Source of the DNA: Anaerohalosphaeraceae bacterium
GTDB taxonomy: Bacteria; Planctomycetota; Phycisphaerae; Sedimentisphaerales; Anaerohalosphaeraceae
Direction of reading: 5' to 3'
NCBI GenBank assembly: GCA_963675525.2
Contig: CAXXSL010000001.1
Coordinates: 192,001 to 256,000 of the forward strand
Length of the DNA stretch: 64,000 nucleotides
Both the position numbers and the translations under genes were made by a program. Below, piece after piece: positions 9,880 through 20,033 of this stretch (position 1 is its first letter; every line of letters starts with the position of its first letter). Below the pieces are notes generated by a model. It did not search any database. It saw nothing but the letters and a program-made list of their open reading frames with translations, and was not told the DNA's origin.

Positions 9880-10467
9880 ATGATGAAAAAAATAGGTTAC
9901 ATTTTGTTTGTTTGTTTGGCTGCCTCGTTCAGTACAGCGGAATTGATTACAATTAGCAGTGGCTATACAGCGGGTTTAATTGTTCAAGACCCGGATTCTT
10001 TTTTGATGACAGGCGGAGGTATAGGAATGTTAATGCTTGAAGATCATGTTTCCGGAGCAATTGAGGGTACTTCTGAACTTGATGAAGGTCTTGGAGGAAT
10101 TTGGGAACTGAAACCTGGAGGGTATAGCAATTTGGATATAACCGGAGGTGAAATTCATGAAATATCCATTGCTTCCTACGCAACCCTTACTCTAAGGGGT
10201 GGCCGAATTGATAATATCTATAGTGGACAGTCCGCAGATCCTAATCCCCACATCACCATTATCTACTCCGGCGATCTACCCGGTTGGAATTCCACTTCAA
10301 ATATGCTGACAGGGTTGTGGGGTAATGGCGACCCATTTTCAATTCAGTTATACGATGTTGCCGGTTACGATCCGGCCATTGACAATATCCAATTTGAACT
10401 AATCCCCGAACCGGCAACACTGGTTCTGCTTGGTTTGGGCGGATTACTATTGAGGCGGAAACGATAA
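9880..10467 (+). CDS. PEP-CTERM sorting domain protein
   Basis: Signal peptide and C-terminal IPEPATLVLLGLGGLLLRRKR. Confidence 0.9.
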   Translation: MMKKIGYILFVCLAASFSTAELITISSGYTAGLIVQDPDSFLMTGGGIGMLMLEDHVSGAIEGTSELDEGLGGIWELKPGGYSNLDITGGEIHEISIASYATLTLRGGRIDNIYSGQSADPNPHITIIYSGDLPGWNSTSNMLTGLWGNGDPFSIQLYDVAGYDPAIDNIQFELIPEPATLVLLGLGGLLLRRKR

Positions 10468-10479
10468 TTGTAACTTTTC

Positions 10480-10518
10480 AACGGCTTCTGTTCTTCATCG
10501 AGCAGAAGCCGTTTTTTG
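10480..10518 (+). terminator. Intrinsic terminator
   Basis: AACGGCTTCTG...CAGAAGCCGTT hairpin followed by a T run. Confidence 0.75.
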
Positions 10519-10664
10519 ATACAACTACAACTATTGTACAACTAAATACCTGATTAGCTCATAAAACTGCCGAATCTGTCATGTCATAAAGTCTTGTATA
10601 TTCATCACTTAAAAATTTCTTAAAAAGTGACAAAGTTTTTAATATCCTGTCTTCACTATTGGAA

Positions 10665-13442
10665 TCAATCATTGAGCCAGTTATTGGCAAACTCGGCAAA
10701 TTCACGGAGATTGATCAAGCAGTCACCGTTGAGGTCCAGGTCGATGCAGTCGTTCAGAAGCCAGTACGTCATGAACAGCGGCAGGTCGTCCGCATTGACA
10801 TTACCGTCGCCGCTCAGATCGCCGTAAATCGGTTCAATTGGACTTCCTGTGACCTCAATGCTATCAATGGCCATATCTCCTTGAAAACCCCCCGCGGCCA
10901 CTGCACGAAAACGAATCTGAATCGAACCGGTGTAAGATGTTAAGTCTACAGTCGCCTGTGTATATTCTTCACTGTTGGAGGTGTGCTGTTGACCGCTAAG
11001 ATTCCAGACGGCTTCATGCCAGGTGCCATCGTAAACGTCAACATTCAGGGTTCCAATGCTCGAACCGTACATATGATAATAAAATGTCAGCACGCGTCCC
11101 AGCCCATTTATCAGGGGGCTTTCCAGTATCGCTGTATCTCCGGCATTTGACGCACCGCCCGAAGAACACTCAAGATATACGTACCACGTACTGCTGTTTG
11201 CTCCGCTGTCCGGACCGGTATTGGGTGACGGTGTGCCGCCTGAATTACGGGTCCAGTCATGCGAATCCTCGCCGGAGATGTTTACCCAGTCTCCGAATCC
11301 GCTTTCAAAATCGGCTGCACTGAGCTGGACAATGCTACCATCGTTCGGCATCGCATTTTCTTCAACGGAGTATGTGCTTTCATTCGTGTCAGTGTCGACG
11401 GCGGTGACGACATAGTAGTAAGTTGTATAATTGGTTACGGTGTTATCCGTAAATCCCGGGCTGCTTAACAAAGAGCTGTTCAGTTGGGTATATCCGCCGC
11501 CCGGTGTTGTGGACTGGTATACATTATAACCAGCCAGGTCACTTTCTGTATTAGCAGTCCAGTCAAGTGAGACTGTGGCATCACCTGCTGTTGCGACAAG
11601 GCCCTGAGGCGGATTGGGAGGCGTTAATCCTGTATCAGCCATAAGCGACAGCGTGGTGACTGATTGTGCCGGCAGTGTCAAAGGATTGGCCGGATTAAAG
11701 CTGCCGACAGAGGCGCAGTTTTCCGTCTGGCTTGTCCGATAGACATCGCCGGACAAAATTGACAAACCGGCAAAAGAAAGCGTCAGGTTAATATCGATCG
11801 TGGAATTGGTATTGATGATTACAACGCTCACTTCGCTGTTGTCAGGACTGATATAGGCCGACATTCGAACATCGGCGGAATCCTCTGTTGTGTCCACTCT
11901 CTGCCAGTCCGAATGGATAAAAGCTGAATATTGTTTGAAGCCGTAATAGTCGTTGTAGATGGTGTAGGACGATGAGGTGATATACACAAGCCCGGAACCG
12001 GCGGTGCCCCAGAACAGATCCCAATACAGATATCCCGAGACTTCCTCAACGGTCAGAGAGTTATGCAGTAATAACGCGATGTCCAGAGCGTCGGGCCAAC
12101 TGCTCGTTGATTTTTCGTATTCTGTTTGGAAGAGAGGTTTGGTGCCCCACGATGTGTTGAAACTTTGCATTGCACTGAGATATGCGTCGGGGTTGTCGCC
12201 TGCATTGATGTTATAAAGGTGATGCGCGTAGCCGTAGGCATGGGATTGATTGATTAACGCCGAAATATAATCGGACGGGCTGCCTCCGGCGGCGCCGTTA
12301 AAACCGGTTGTTTCAGGCGCGAGCATCTTGGGCTTTGATGAACCGAACCGGGAATCAAACTCGTTATAAACCGCCTCGAAGGCCTGGTCATAGCCGGCGT
12401 TGGTTGAATTCTGTGTGGGATCGAATCGGCAGGAATCCCATGTGGCGGTATAGTCGACTTCGTTTTGAATACTAATATAGTCGGCATCCACTCCGTAACC
12501 GGCCCATGCCGTTATACTGTCAGCCCACCAGTCAGCATACCCGGCGTAGTCATAGTTGGTTGGCCCTCCGATAATTGTACCGCCGTTTGCGGTATCGCCG
12601 TTGCTTTTGAGATAAGCGGGGGGAGACCAGGCGCAAATCAGAGTTTTCAGGGGACGGCCCAAGGACGCTTCTCCGTTGCTGATTATGGTACTGGAGTTGC
12701 TCATATAGCCGGTGGCGCCGTCCTGGTCGTAGGCGTTTCTCAGGCGATATATGTCAAGACCAAGGTCACCGAAGAGTATATCGTATATCTGGGGTTGGGA
12801 TTGGCCGAGGCTGACAAGTGTGCCTTCATACCAAGCTCCGGCAGCACCGAACCCATCAATGGTCTGATGGCGTGTATTGACATTGACAGTGCCGTTTGCG
12901 GTAGGGTCGCCGGAGCTAACCTCCGGGCCGTATACAACCGCATCATCCAAATAGATATCGATGCCTGAATCGGGGCCTTCAGCATACACAAGCAGTTCGG
13001 TGAGTGTGCCGGTTACATTTAACGTGAAACTGCCTGAAATTTGGGTCCAGCCGCTGTTGCTGGCGGTACCATTGGCTGCCCATGAATAATTTGTTCCGTT
13101 GCCATCAGTTTGTTGGAAAGATATATGAATGGTCGAACTGGCGGAGTTATTGGTTCTGACCCAGCCGGATACGGTATAGGTTGCACCTTCGACCATTTTG
13201 CCCATCATATTCTGCTGAATCCCGTGCCAGGTGGCGGTTCTGCCATAAGCACGTCCGCTGTAGGAGCCGCTGTGAACGGGTGACGTTACGGTGCTAATGG
13301 AGCCGCCGCCACGCGCGGACCAGCCGGTAGTCCCGCTTTCAAAGCCGGGGTTATCCAGTATGTTTGTGTCGCCGTATAAAGGGATGCTGAGTAATATAAG
13401 CATGGCAAACAAAACAACTTCAAGTGCTTTACGAGGCATCAT
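10665..13442 (-). CDS. Secreted modular xylanase: CBM22/CBM4_9 - GH30 - Fn3 - MAM-like - dockerin-like
   Basis: NPGFESG...YLDD (CBM), QTIDGFGA, WSPPAYLK, ISIQNE (acid/base) and QTEY (nucleophile). These are followed by an Fn3 LAGYNVY...YYYVVTAVD, a MAM-like GGTPS.NTGP...FYYHMYG and two DL.GD repeats. Confidence 0.87.
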   Translation of the reverse strand: MMPRKALEVVLFAMLILLSIPLYGDTNILDNPGFESGTTGWSARGGGSISTVTSPVHSGSYSGRAYGRTATWHGIQQNMMGKMVEGATYTVSGWVRTNNSASSTIHISFQQTDGNGTNYSWAANGTASNSGWTQISGSFTLNVTGTLTELLVYAEGPDSGIDIYLDDAVVYGPEVSSGDPTANGTVNVNTRHQTIDGFGAAGAWYEGTLVSLGQSQPQIYDILFGDLGLDIYRLRNAYDQDGATGYMSNSSTIISNGEASLGRPLKTLICAWSPPAYLKSNGDTANGGTIIGGPTNYDYAGYADWWADSITAWAGYGVDADYISIQNEVDYTATWDSCRFDPTQNSTNAGYDQAFEAVYNEFDSRFGSSKPKMLAPETTGFNGAAGGSPSDYISALINQSHAYGYAHHLYNINAGDNPDAYLSAMQSFNTSWGTKPLFQTEYEKSTSSWPDALDIALLLHNSLTVEEVSGYLYWDLFWGTAGSGLVYITSSSYTIYNDYYGFKQYSAFIHSDWQRVDTTEDSADVRMSAYISPDNSEVSVVIINTNSTIDINLTLSFAGLSILSGDVYRTSQTENCASVGSFNPANPLTLPAQSVTTLSLMADTGLTPPNPPQGLVATAGDATVSLDWTANTESDLAGYNVYQSTTPGGGYTQLNSSLLSSPGFTDNTVTNYTTYYYVVTAVDTDTNESTYSVEENAMPNDGSIVQLSAADFESGFGDWVNISGEDSHDWTRNSGGTPSPNTGPDSGANSSTWYVYLECSSGGASNAGDTAILESPLINGLGRVLTFYYHMYGSSIGTLNVDVYDGTWHEAVWNLSGQQHTSNSEEYTQATVDLTSYTGSIQIRFRAVAAGGFQGDMAIDSIEVTGSPIEPIYGDLSGDGNVNADDLPLFMTYWLLNDCIDLDLNGDCLINLREFAEFANNWLND

Positions 13443-13467
13443 TCTCTCCTGGGTATTATATTATTAG

Positions 13468-15453
13468 TTACCAGTTCTCAGTACATTCAATTTCTTGCGG
13501 ATTATTGCACATCAACCATTGGTTCGAGAATTCAATGAGATCAAGTATCGTCACTTGGTTGTCGGATACAATATCCGGGGAATAATCAGGAGGTATCGCT
13601 TCAGGTGTGGAACTTAACCACTGTCTGCCCAGAACCACCAGATCTGAAAAATCCGTATAACAATTTCCATTTAAATCAGACACTAACCTGTAACCGAAAT
13701 CACGGACGTCCTGGCAGGTAGCGGGATCCGTCATATCAGTAAGCTGAAGGATGAATTCACTGGGGCTTTCAGGCAGTACTTCGATTGTTGTAACGGTCGG
13801 GTCCGCTCCGTTCGGTGTCAGCGTGACGGTGTATGTTCCATAGAAGCCTCTGAAATCGGCTCCGCCGTCGATATCGGTTATTCCGGAACCAAGCGTTGTC
13901 CACTCATTCATCAGGTCTTGATATCGGAGACCTGCAGCGTTTAAAGTCCAGTCAGAATTCACCAGGTGTGCGTTTTCACGCCAGAGCGCATCCTCCCAGA
14001 ATCCCCACATGAGAATCCCTTCCACGGCGGGGTGGCTGAAGGCAACGCGGTAAAAATCTTCAAGCTGATCGGCTCGGCTGTATACGTTGGGATCCACAAT
14101 GTCGAATTCCGTAACCCAAATGGGAAGGCCGGTTTCGGCGATGCTGTCAAAGCGTGCCTTGATGGTCGCAGGACTAAAGCCGGAACTCATATGGCATTGA
14201 ACACCTAACCCGTGGATGGGCGCCCCCTGCATTGTCAAGTCATAGGCCATCTGTTTAAAGTCGCTGAGATTATAGCCGCCGCTGATGACATTGTAATCAT
14301 TGAGGAAAAGCATGCAATTCGGATCAATGGCTGCCGCGGCCTGAAACATCCAGGGGCGAATATCAACTCCGAGGCGATCGGCATAGAAGGCATTGTTACA
14401 CATTTCATTGTTGACGTCCCAGTGGAGAAATTTTCCCTTAAAATGATTAACTGCACTGTTCAGTCTGTCTTCGACGGCCGTTCGCAGGCCGCTGGTAGCC
14501 GGAAGCGGCGCATAATCAAGGGCTTGTACCCAGTCCTGTACGGTATTTTGCGCGGCCCAGAAAATGCAGTGCCCGCGCATTTTAATATCGTTAGCCGCAC
14601 AAAAGTTAAACATATTATCCGCATTCTCATAGGTGACATAATCTTCGGAAGGTTCATTGTGATACCATTTTGAGGCATTTTCGCAGACGGCCCATTCAAA
14701 GTGATCTTTAAAGAAATTCAGATAGTCAGTATTGTCCATATGATGCCTACTCATTGCGGAGCCAAAAGCGAAATGATGACGTGTCTGTACGATCTGAATA
14801 TCGATATCAGGAACAGCAAATTCGGGATTATTTGGGGCAACCGCCGTAATGCGGAAATCACCTTTTCGGATTTGTTCAATGCGGCTGTCGGCTTCCGCTT
14901 CCCAATTGCCGCTGTCGGTGGCAACAACAGAAACGTCATCAACATAGAAGTTGACGCCTGCCGGAGGCAGCTCAAAATACAGCAGCAGGTCGGTCAGGGT
15001 CCCGGTGACCTGAAGCGTAAAGAAACCCGATAGATTTGTCCAGCCGCTGTCGGAAACGGTTGAACCAACGATGTAATGATATTTTGTACCGGCGTCATCT
15101 GTCTGCTTGATCGTGATTTTGACATCTGCGGAAGTGGCGTTCTGAATTCTCACCCACCCCGTGATGCTGCAGGTCTGATCATCGTTGATATCCCCTAAAA
15201 GTGATTGGGCGATACCGTTCCAGGTTGCGGTCCGGTTGCTGACAAGTGCACTGTAATTACCCGAACGAGCTGTTGTGGACGAGTTGATCGTACAACCGTA
15301 TCCGGACCAACCTTCGGTAGTCCCGGTTTCGAAATCGGGATTCGTTAATTGATTGACTGCAAGGCTGGGTTGAGACAAGGCAAATAAAAACAATAAAGGT
15401 AGGAATATCGTACTCTCAATACAATGTATTATACATTTTCGGACTCTCATCAC
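13468..15453 (-). CDS. Secreted endo-1,4-beta-xylanase: CBM22/CBM4_9 - GH10 - dockerin-like
   Basis: NPDFETG CBM; EN..KW, RGHCIFW, WDVNNE, GLGVQCH and IWVTEFD GH10 motifs; C-terminal SDLNGNC..D..DL. Confidence 0.88.
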   Translation of the reverse strand: MMRVRKCIIHCIESTIFLPLLFLFALSQPSLAVNQLTNPDFETGTTEGWSGYGCTINSSTTARSGNYSALVSNRTATWNGIAQSLLGDINDDQTCSITGWVRIQNATSADVKITIKQTDDAGTKYHYIVGSTVSDSGWTNLSGFFTLQVTGTLTDLLLYFELPPAGVNFYVDDVSVVATDSGNWEAEADSRIEQIRKGDFRITAVAPNNPEFAVPDIDIQIVQTRHHFAFGSAMSRHHMDNTDYLNFFKDHFEWAVCENASKWYHNEPSEDYVTYENADNMFNFCAANDIKMRGHCIFWAAQNTVQDWVQALDYAPLPATSGLRTAVEDRLNSAVNHFKGKFLHWDVNNEMCNNAFYADRLGVDIRPWMFQAAAAIDPNCMLFLNDYNVISGGYNLSDFKQMAYDLTMQGAPIHGLGVQCHMSSGFSPATIKARFDSIAETGLPIWVTEFDIVDPNVYSRADQLEDFYRVAFSHPAVEGILMWGFWEDALWRENAHLVNSDWTLNAAGLRYQDLMNEWTTLGSGITDIDGGADFRGFYGTYTVTLTPNGADPTVTTIEVLPESPSEFILQLTDMTDPATCQDVRDFGYRLVSDLNGNCYTDFSDLVVLGRQWLSSTPEAIPPDYSPDIVSDNQVTILDLIEFSNQWLMCNNPQEIECTENW

Positions 15454-15551
15454 ATCCCCGGTTGAATGTCTATTTTCCTGTATGTATCTCCCCGCTCGTA
15501 AAAGAAGACCGATTTATATATCGATAATAGGGTGTTGTCTGTCGATTTTCG

Positions 15552-15563
15552 GTAAACGTTTAC
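15552..15563. promoter_or_regulatory. LacI-family operator (copy 1)
   Basis: Perfect palindrome GTAAACGTTTAC just downstream of the minus-strand xylanase promoter. Confidence 0.8.
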
Positions 15564-15577
15564 TGATTTCGAATCTA

Positions 15578-15607
15578 ATAGTAGCAGAAATTGGCACATT
15601 ATGTCAA
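15578..15607 (-). promoter_or_regulatory. Sigma70-type promoter of the GH10/GH30 operon
   Basis: Minus strand TTGACA-18 bp-TACTAT with a TG extended -10. Confidence 0.65.
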
Positions 15608-15828
15608 GCAAAAAGAAAATCCCCCATATTTTTGTTAATTTGAGTAGCCCTTTGTATGATGTGAAATAAAAAATTTTAGTCTTATATAAAATTCGATTTC
15701 CCTCAGGAAATCCAAGAGAATAAACCGAAGTTCTTATATTTAAAGAAGATATGTTAATTTTAGGAGGTTTTTATGTGTGCGGGGTGTGCACAGTAGAATA
15801 AAAAAAAGTATCTCAAAAAAAAAATAAC

Positions 15829-15857
15829 TTGACTGAAATCTTAAAACAGAATAATAT
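15829..15857 (+). promoter_or_regulatory. Sigma70-type promoter of the LacI regulator operon
   Basis: TTGACT-17 bp-TAATAT, preceded by A-tracts (UP-element-like). Confidence 0.65.
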
Positions 15858-15860
15858 CTA

Positions 15861-15874
15861 AGTAAACGTTTACT
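15861..15874. promoter_or_regulatory. LacI-family operator (copy 2)
   Basis: Perfect palindrome AGTAAACGTTTACT between the -10 box and the GGAGG RBS of the LacI gene. Confidence 0.82.
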
Positions 15875-15885
15875 GGAGGTTATTC

Positions 15886-16911
15886 GTGGAAAAAACAGTT
15901 CAACGACCAACGGCTCGAGAAATTGCAAACCAATGTGGTGTCAGTGTTGCCACGGTAAGTCGGGTCCTCAATCGCAATTTCAAGAACGGCTTCTCTGTTC
16001 GTCGGGAACTTCATGAACGAATTACTAAAATGGCCGATGAACTGGGTTACCGTCCGAACCTTGCGGCTCGAAACCTCGCCCAACAGCAAACACATATTAT
16101 CGCGTTTTTAGGATGTAATACCTCTTTCGGATGGCCCACCAATATTTATCAGCTTACTTGTGAGACCGCGATTCGTTTTCTTCAAAGTCACGGCTACAAC
16201 ATTTGTACAGCAGCACCGAATCTGGAAAGGGATAATACCGAATTGCCCCCATGGCGCGTGGATGGTGTGGTCGTTCTTCAGGAATGTTCGCCTGAGACGA
16301 TCGAAGAGATGGAACGGATTCAACTGCCGTATGTGGTTATCAATGGTGTGGGGGGGGCAAACTGTTGCTCGATTGTTCCGGATGATGTTGATGCGACCCA
16401 ACGTGCAGTCGGCCATTTGTTGGATCTGGGCCATCAACGTATTGCGTATGCCGGCCCTTCTCCGGAGCATCGGCATCATGCCAGTATCGGGCATCGCCAT
16501 CGAACCTATCTTTCTGAAATAAGCACACATGGCCTTGAGCCCATATCAGGGCATGAGGCATCATTTGTTTCGGGCCTGGATTTTCTGGTTTCGTCGGTCT
16601 TGAAGCAAAAAGCCACTGCGATAATCGCTTATGACCATGTCATCGCCATGAAACTCCTCCACGATGCCAATATTCTCAATATCGAAATTCCCAAGCAAGT
16701 CAGTCTTGTTTGTTTTAATGATGAGAAACTCTGCGACTTGGTGGTTCCACCGCTTACGACAGTGGGTGTACCGTCGGCGAAAATGGGCCAGGTGGCCGCG
16801 GAACTGCTTTTGAAGCAGATTGAATCTCCGAAAGAAAAGTGTCCGCCGGAATGCATTAAATTACAGGAGGATCTTATCATTCGGTCATCGACGGCAGAGC
16901 CGTTGAGTTAA
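15886..16911 (+). CDS. LacI family transcriptional regulator
   Basis: TAREIANQCGVSVATVSRVLN HTH, ELGYRPNLAARNL hinge, LGHQRIAY and PPLTTV. Confidence 0.95.
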   Translation: MEKTVQRPTAREIANQCGVSVATVSRVLNRNFKNGFSVRRELHERITKMADELGYRPNLAARNLAQQQTHIIAFLGCNTSFGWPTNIYQLTCETAIRFLQSHGYNICTAAPNLERDNTELPPWRVDGVVVLQECSPETIEEMERIQLPYVVINGVGGANCCSIVPDDVDATQRAVGHLLDLGHQRIAYAGPSPEHRHHASIGHRHRTYLSEISTHGLEPISGHEASFVSGLDFLVSSVLKQKATAIIAYDHVIAMKLLHDANILNIEIPKQVSLVCFNDEKLCDLVVPPLTTVGVPSAKMGQVAAELLLKQIESPKEKCPPECIKLQEDLIIRSSTAEPLS

Positions 16912-17051
16912 TTTAACGTGCGCAGATAGCAGATAGATAAAGGTCCGTTAAGGAGAAGTGTCATAGAAAACGATTCTGACAAAGGAATCAATCGGGTAAT
17001 GAAAGAAGTTAGAGAAACAATCAAAGACAGAGGATTTTTCGGAGGTTAATT

Positions 17052-18320
17052 ATGATGGGAAATGTAAAATTATTTATGGCGATATTATTAAGTATCGCGA
17101 CGATGGCTTCGGGAGTCGAAGTTATTAGTATCGACATCAACAATTATGGCAACGATGTTGCCTACATCGGAGAAGCAGCCGTGTCGGGTGCGACCGAGTG
17201 GGTCGTTTACTATGGCGGCTGGGGTACACCGGTCGGTTCGCCGAGAAGCGCCGATCTTGCTGAGGCGAAAGTACATTATCCTGAAGCGGATCCTCCGGAT
17301 CCGTATCCAAGCAGCACCTACGCCGAACAGGTGTGGCTGGGAGACCCGGGCGGGCATGGCTATCCGGGATCGGGTGACACGCTGCTGGGTGATGGTTTTC
17401 AGAGCAACACCCCCAGTCCAACTTCGCTCAGCACCGATCCGAATATTGCGTTTATCGGTTTAGACCTGTTTTCCGGCGATCAGGTCGGCGATGACGCTTA
17501 TGGCGGAACGTTTGATATGTATGTTTATGGAAACAGCGCAGGGACCTTTACCCTGACAAATGCAGACCCGAATGGAATGGTGGTCATTGCCTCCGGTTCT
17601 GTAACAGGAACAACGTCGGGCTTTGTTGAAGGCGAGAATTATGTTGTCTTTAGTGGTGTGAGCATCGCCGATCCCAACAGTGCCCTGTTGTGGTATTCGA
17701 ATGAACTCAATGGAATCCAGTTGGTCAGCACAAAACAAACGCCCAAGGTCATCAATCCGGATTCGGTGGACCCCAATGATTACACCATCACAATATCGGA
17801 TTGGGATGTGGCTTTTGATACGAATGGCCGTCCCGATGAAACGAATTATGGCTTCGGCAGTTATTATGGTCCGGACTTTTACCCAGGCTCGGTTGGCATC
17901 TTGGACACGGGCGATGCGATGGAATATGACGTATCCATTGATGCTGCCGCTCAGGGGCAATATAATCTGACGATCTTTATGGACACAACCTATGGTGCAA
18001 CCACACTGAATTTCTTCCTTGATGGAATCCCAATCGGCAGTCTGACCGGGTCTGCCATCGGCCCAGAGACAGTAGGGCCTCTGTCGTTCAATCTTTTCAC
18101 TGGTATGCATACACTGAAATGGCAGTCAACGGGCTACCAAGGGGCTAATCTTGGAAACATCGTCTTGAATTACGTCGGCCCCATCATCCTGAATGATTGT
18201 GCGGATGTCTATACATACGGCCTGCAGCTTGGGGGGGATATCACCGGCGATTGCCGTGTCGATATCAGCGATCTTGCATTGATAGTGGCCGAGTGGACCA
18301 ACGACTATAATCCATTTTAA
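17052..18320 (+). CDS. Secreted non-catalytic protein with CBM6/35-like domain and single dockerin-like repeat
   Basis: Signal peptide, VG.LD.GD.MEY.V...G.Y.L...G.HTL jelly-roll pattern and C-terminal GDITGDCRVDISDL...W. Confidence 0.6.
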   Translation: MMGNVKLFMAILLSIATMASGVEVISIDINNYGNDVAYIGEAAVSGATEWVVYYGGWGTPVGSPRSADLAEAKVHYPEADPPDPYPSSTYAEQVWLGDPGGHGYPGSGDTLLGDGFQSNTPSPTSLSTDPNIAFIGLDLFSGDQVGDDAYGGTFDMYVYGNSAGTFTLTNADPNGMVVIASGSVTGTTSGFVEGENYVVFSGVSIADPNSALLWYSNELNGIQLVSTKQTPKVINPDSVDPNDYTITISDWDVAFDTNGRPDETNYGFGSYYGPDFYPGSVGILDTGDAMEYDVSIDAAAQGQYNLTIFMDTTYGATTLNFFLDGIPIGSLTGSAIGPETVGPLSFNLFTGMHTLKWQSTGYQGANLGNIVLNYVGPIILNDCADVYTYGLQLGGDITGDCRVDISDLALIVAEWTNDYNPF

Positions 18321-18368
18321 TAATGTAACAGAAAAACCAATGAAATGGCCTTATTAAGAGGAGATAAT

Positions 18369-19904
18369 ATGATGAATATTCGAATGAAAGTTTTATGTAC
18401 TGCTGCCATTCTCGCAGTGTTGACACTTGTGGTCCCGGTGTCAGCGGATGTGATTAATGACTTCGAAGGAATCGCCGGCAATGCCATTGACTGGGCCTCC
18501 GACGTCAGTATTGACTCGGATCCTAATTACAGTTACGACTCGACCATCGGTGTCACCAGTGGCAGTCAGAGTGTGCGTTTGAATCAATGCGGATATGCCC
18601 AAACACTTTCTTTCCGACTGGATGCAGCCGGAAAGGCCCTTTTTATGGCTAATTCGTACTTTTCAATCGATGTCTCGGTTGCCGCCAGCGGCGGAACGTA
18701 TACTGCCGGCTACACCAACATTGAAGAGGTGGCTATGAACGCTTTGGGGCCCGGCTTTACGGCGGTTGCGTCGGGAACGCCGCTTCAGTTTTACTGGTGG
18801 GGATCTGCTCCGGAACGAACTGAAACGCTGATTGTTGATTACAGCGATTTCCGTGATGCCATTACGGCAACTGACTATATTGAGATTATTCTGACCACCA
18901 ACCCCGGCGGCGGGGCACCCTGCGAGATCTACTTCGACAATGCTCAGCTTTTTGGCGGAACAGGCGTCCTGGGGGCTTATGAGAACGAGGTCTTGGCGGA
19001 TAACCCGGTTTTGTACTTGCGGCTGGAAGAGGACACCACTACCAGCACCAGTTCCGGCAATGGTCCGCAGGCCGATTCCTCAGGTAACGACTATTGGGGC
19101 GTTCATCGCGCGAATACGGAATTTCGTGCCAATGAAGGGATTGGAAACTGCCGTTATTTACCGGGTATCGACGGCCAAAATGCGATTGCGGCGGGAAATG
19201 CTGCGGAATTTGACTGGACGTTTGATTTTAGCGATGACCATGCATTTGCTCCGGATGACATTTCATTTGAGCTCTGGTTCAATGCGGATGCTGACTTGGG
19301 CGCGTATGCCATCTTCTTCCAGCAGGTGAAGACTAGCGAATACCAAGCCCCGGGTTTGGGTAACAGTGAGGGGACTCTTCGCGTCTATACCGGAAATCCA
19401 ACCAACCCCATTCCGCCGGATCCGAATGATCCGAACGAAATCTCACAATTCTGGTGGTATACGAACGTGGAAACGCCGCAGGATGACCAATGGCACCAGG
19501 TCGTCGTCACTTATCAGGAAAGTTACGGCACGGCCGATGAGATGGCGATTCAGTTGTATCTGGACGGCAATTTGGAAAATTCAACGGTGGTTGGTGACGC
19601 CACATGGCCCGCCAGACTGGGACCGGAGTTTGATCATGTCGTTATCGGCGGTGCCAATGATTTAGGCTATGTCTGGAACTCCTTTAAGGGCTTTGTCGAT
19701 GAGTTTGCGATCTATGAGGGCATTCTGTCGGCGGACCGTATTGGGGTTCATTACAGTGCCGGCTTGTGTGCCATGTCCAAGGGCGATCTTACCGGGGACT
19801 GCAAGGTTGATATGGACGACTTTTCGGTACTGGCCGCGACTTGGATGTTGTGTAATGATCCCAACTCATTTGGGACGGATCCGGCTTGTGGGCCGACCTG
19901 GTGA
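18369..19904 (+). CDS. Secreted protein: CBM-like domain - LamG/ConA-like domain - dockerin-like repeat
   Basis: VLADNPVLYLRLEE...SFELWF...QWHQVVVTY...LYLDG...FKGFVDEFAIY (LamG) and GDLTGDCKVDMDDF. ATG 18369 follows GAGGAG. Confidence 0.75.
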   Translation: MMNIRMKVLCTAAILAVLTLVVPVSADVINDFEGIAGNAIDWASDVSIDSDPNYSYDSTIGVTSGSQSVRLNQCGYAQTLSFRLDAAGKALFMANSYFSIDVSVAASGGTYTAGYTNIEEVAMNALGPGFTAVASGTPLQFYWWGSAPERTETLIVDYSDFRDAITATDYIEIILTTNPGGGAPCEIYFDNAQLFGGTGVLGAYENEVLADNPVLYLRLEEDTTTSTSSGNGPQADSSGNDYWGVHRANTEFRANEGIGNCRYLPGIDGQNAIAAGNAAEFDWTFDFSDDHAFAPDDISFELWFNADADLGAYAIFFQQVKTSEYQAPGLGNSEGTLRVYTGNPTNPIPPDPNDPNEISQFWWYTNVETPQDDQWHQVVVTYQESYGTADEMAIQLYLDGNLENSTVVGDATWPARLGPEFDHVVIGGANDLGYVWNSFKGFVDEFAIYEGILSADRIGVHYSAGLCAMSKGDLTGDCKVDMDDFSVLAATWMLCNDPNSFGTDPACGPTW

Positions 19905-20033
19905 TGAGACTAATCTTCCGTAACTGGAAGTTAGAAGTGATAGTGAAGTGTGTGTGGTGTGTATGTGGTTAATCCTGCTCTGACGGTCAGGGCGGAAGTG
20001 AAATGATGAGAAAATTATTTCTCAGGAGGAAAG

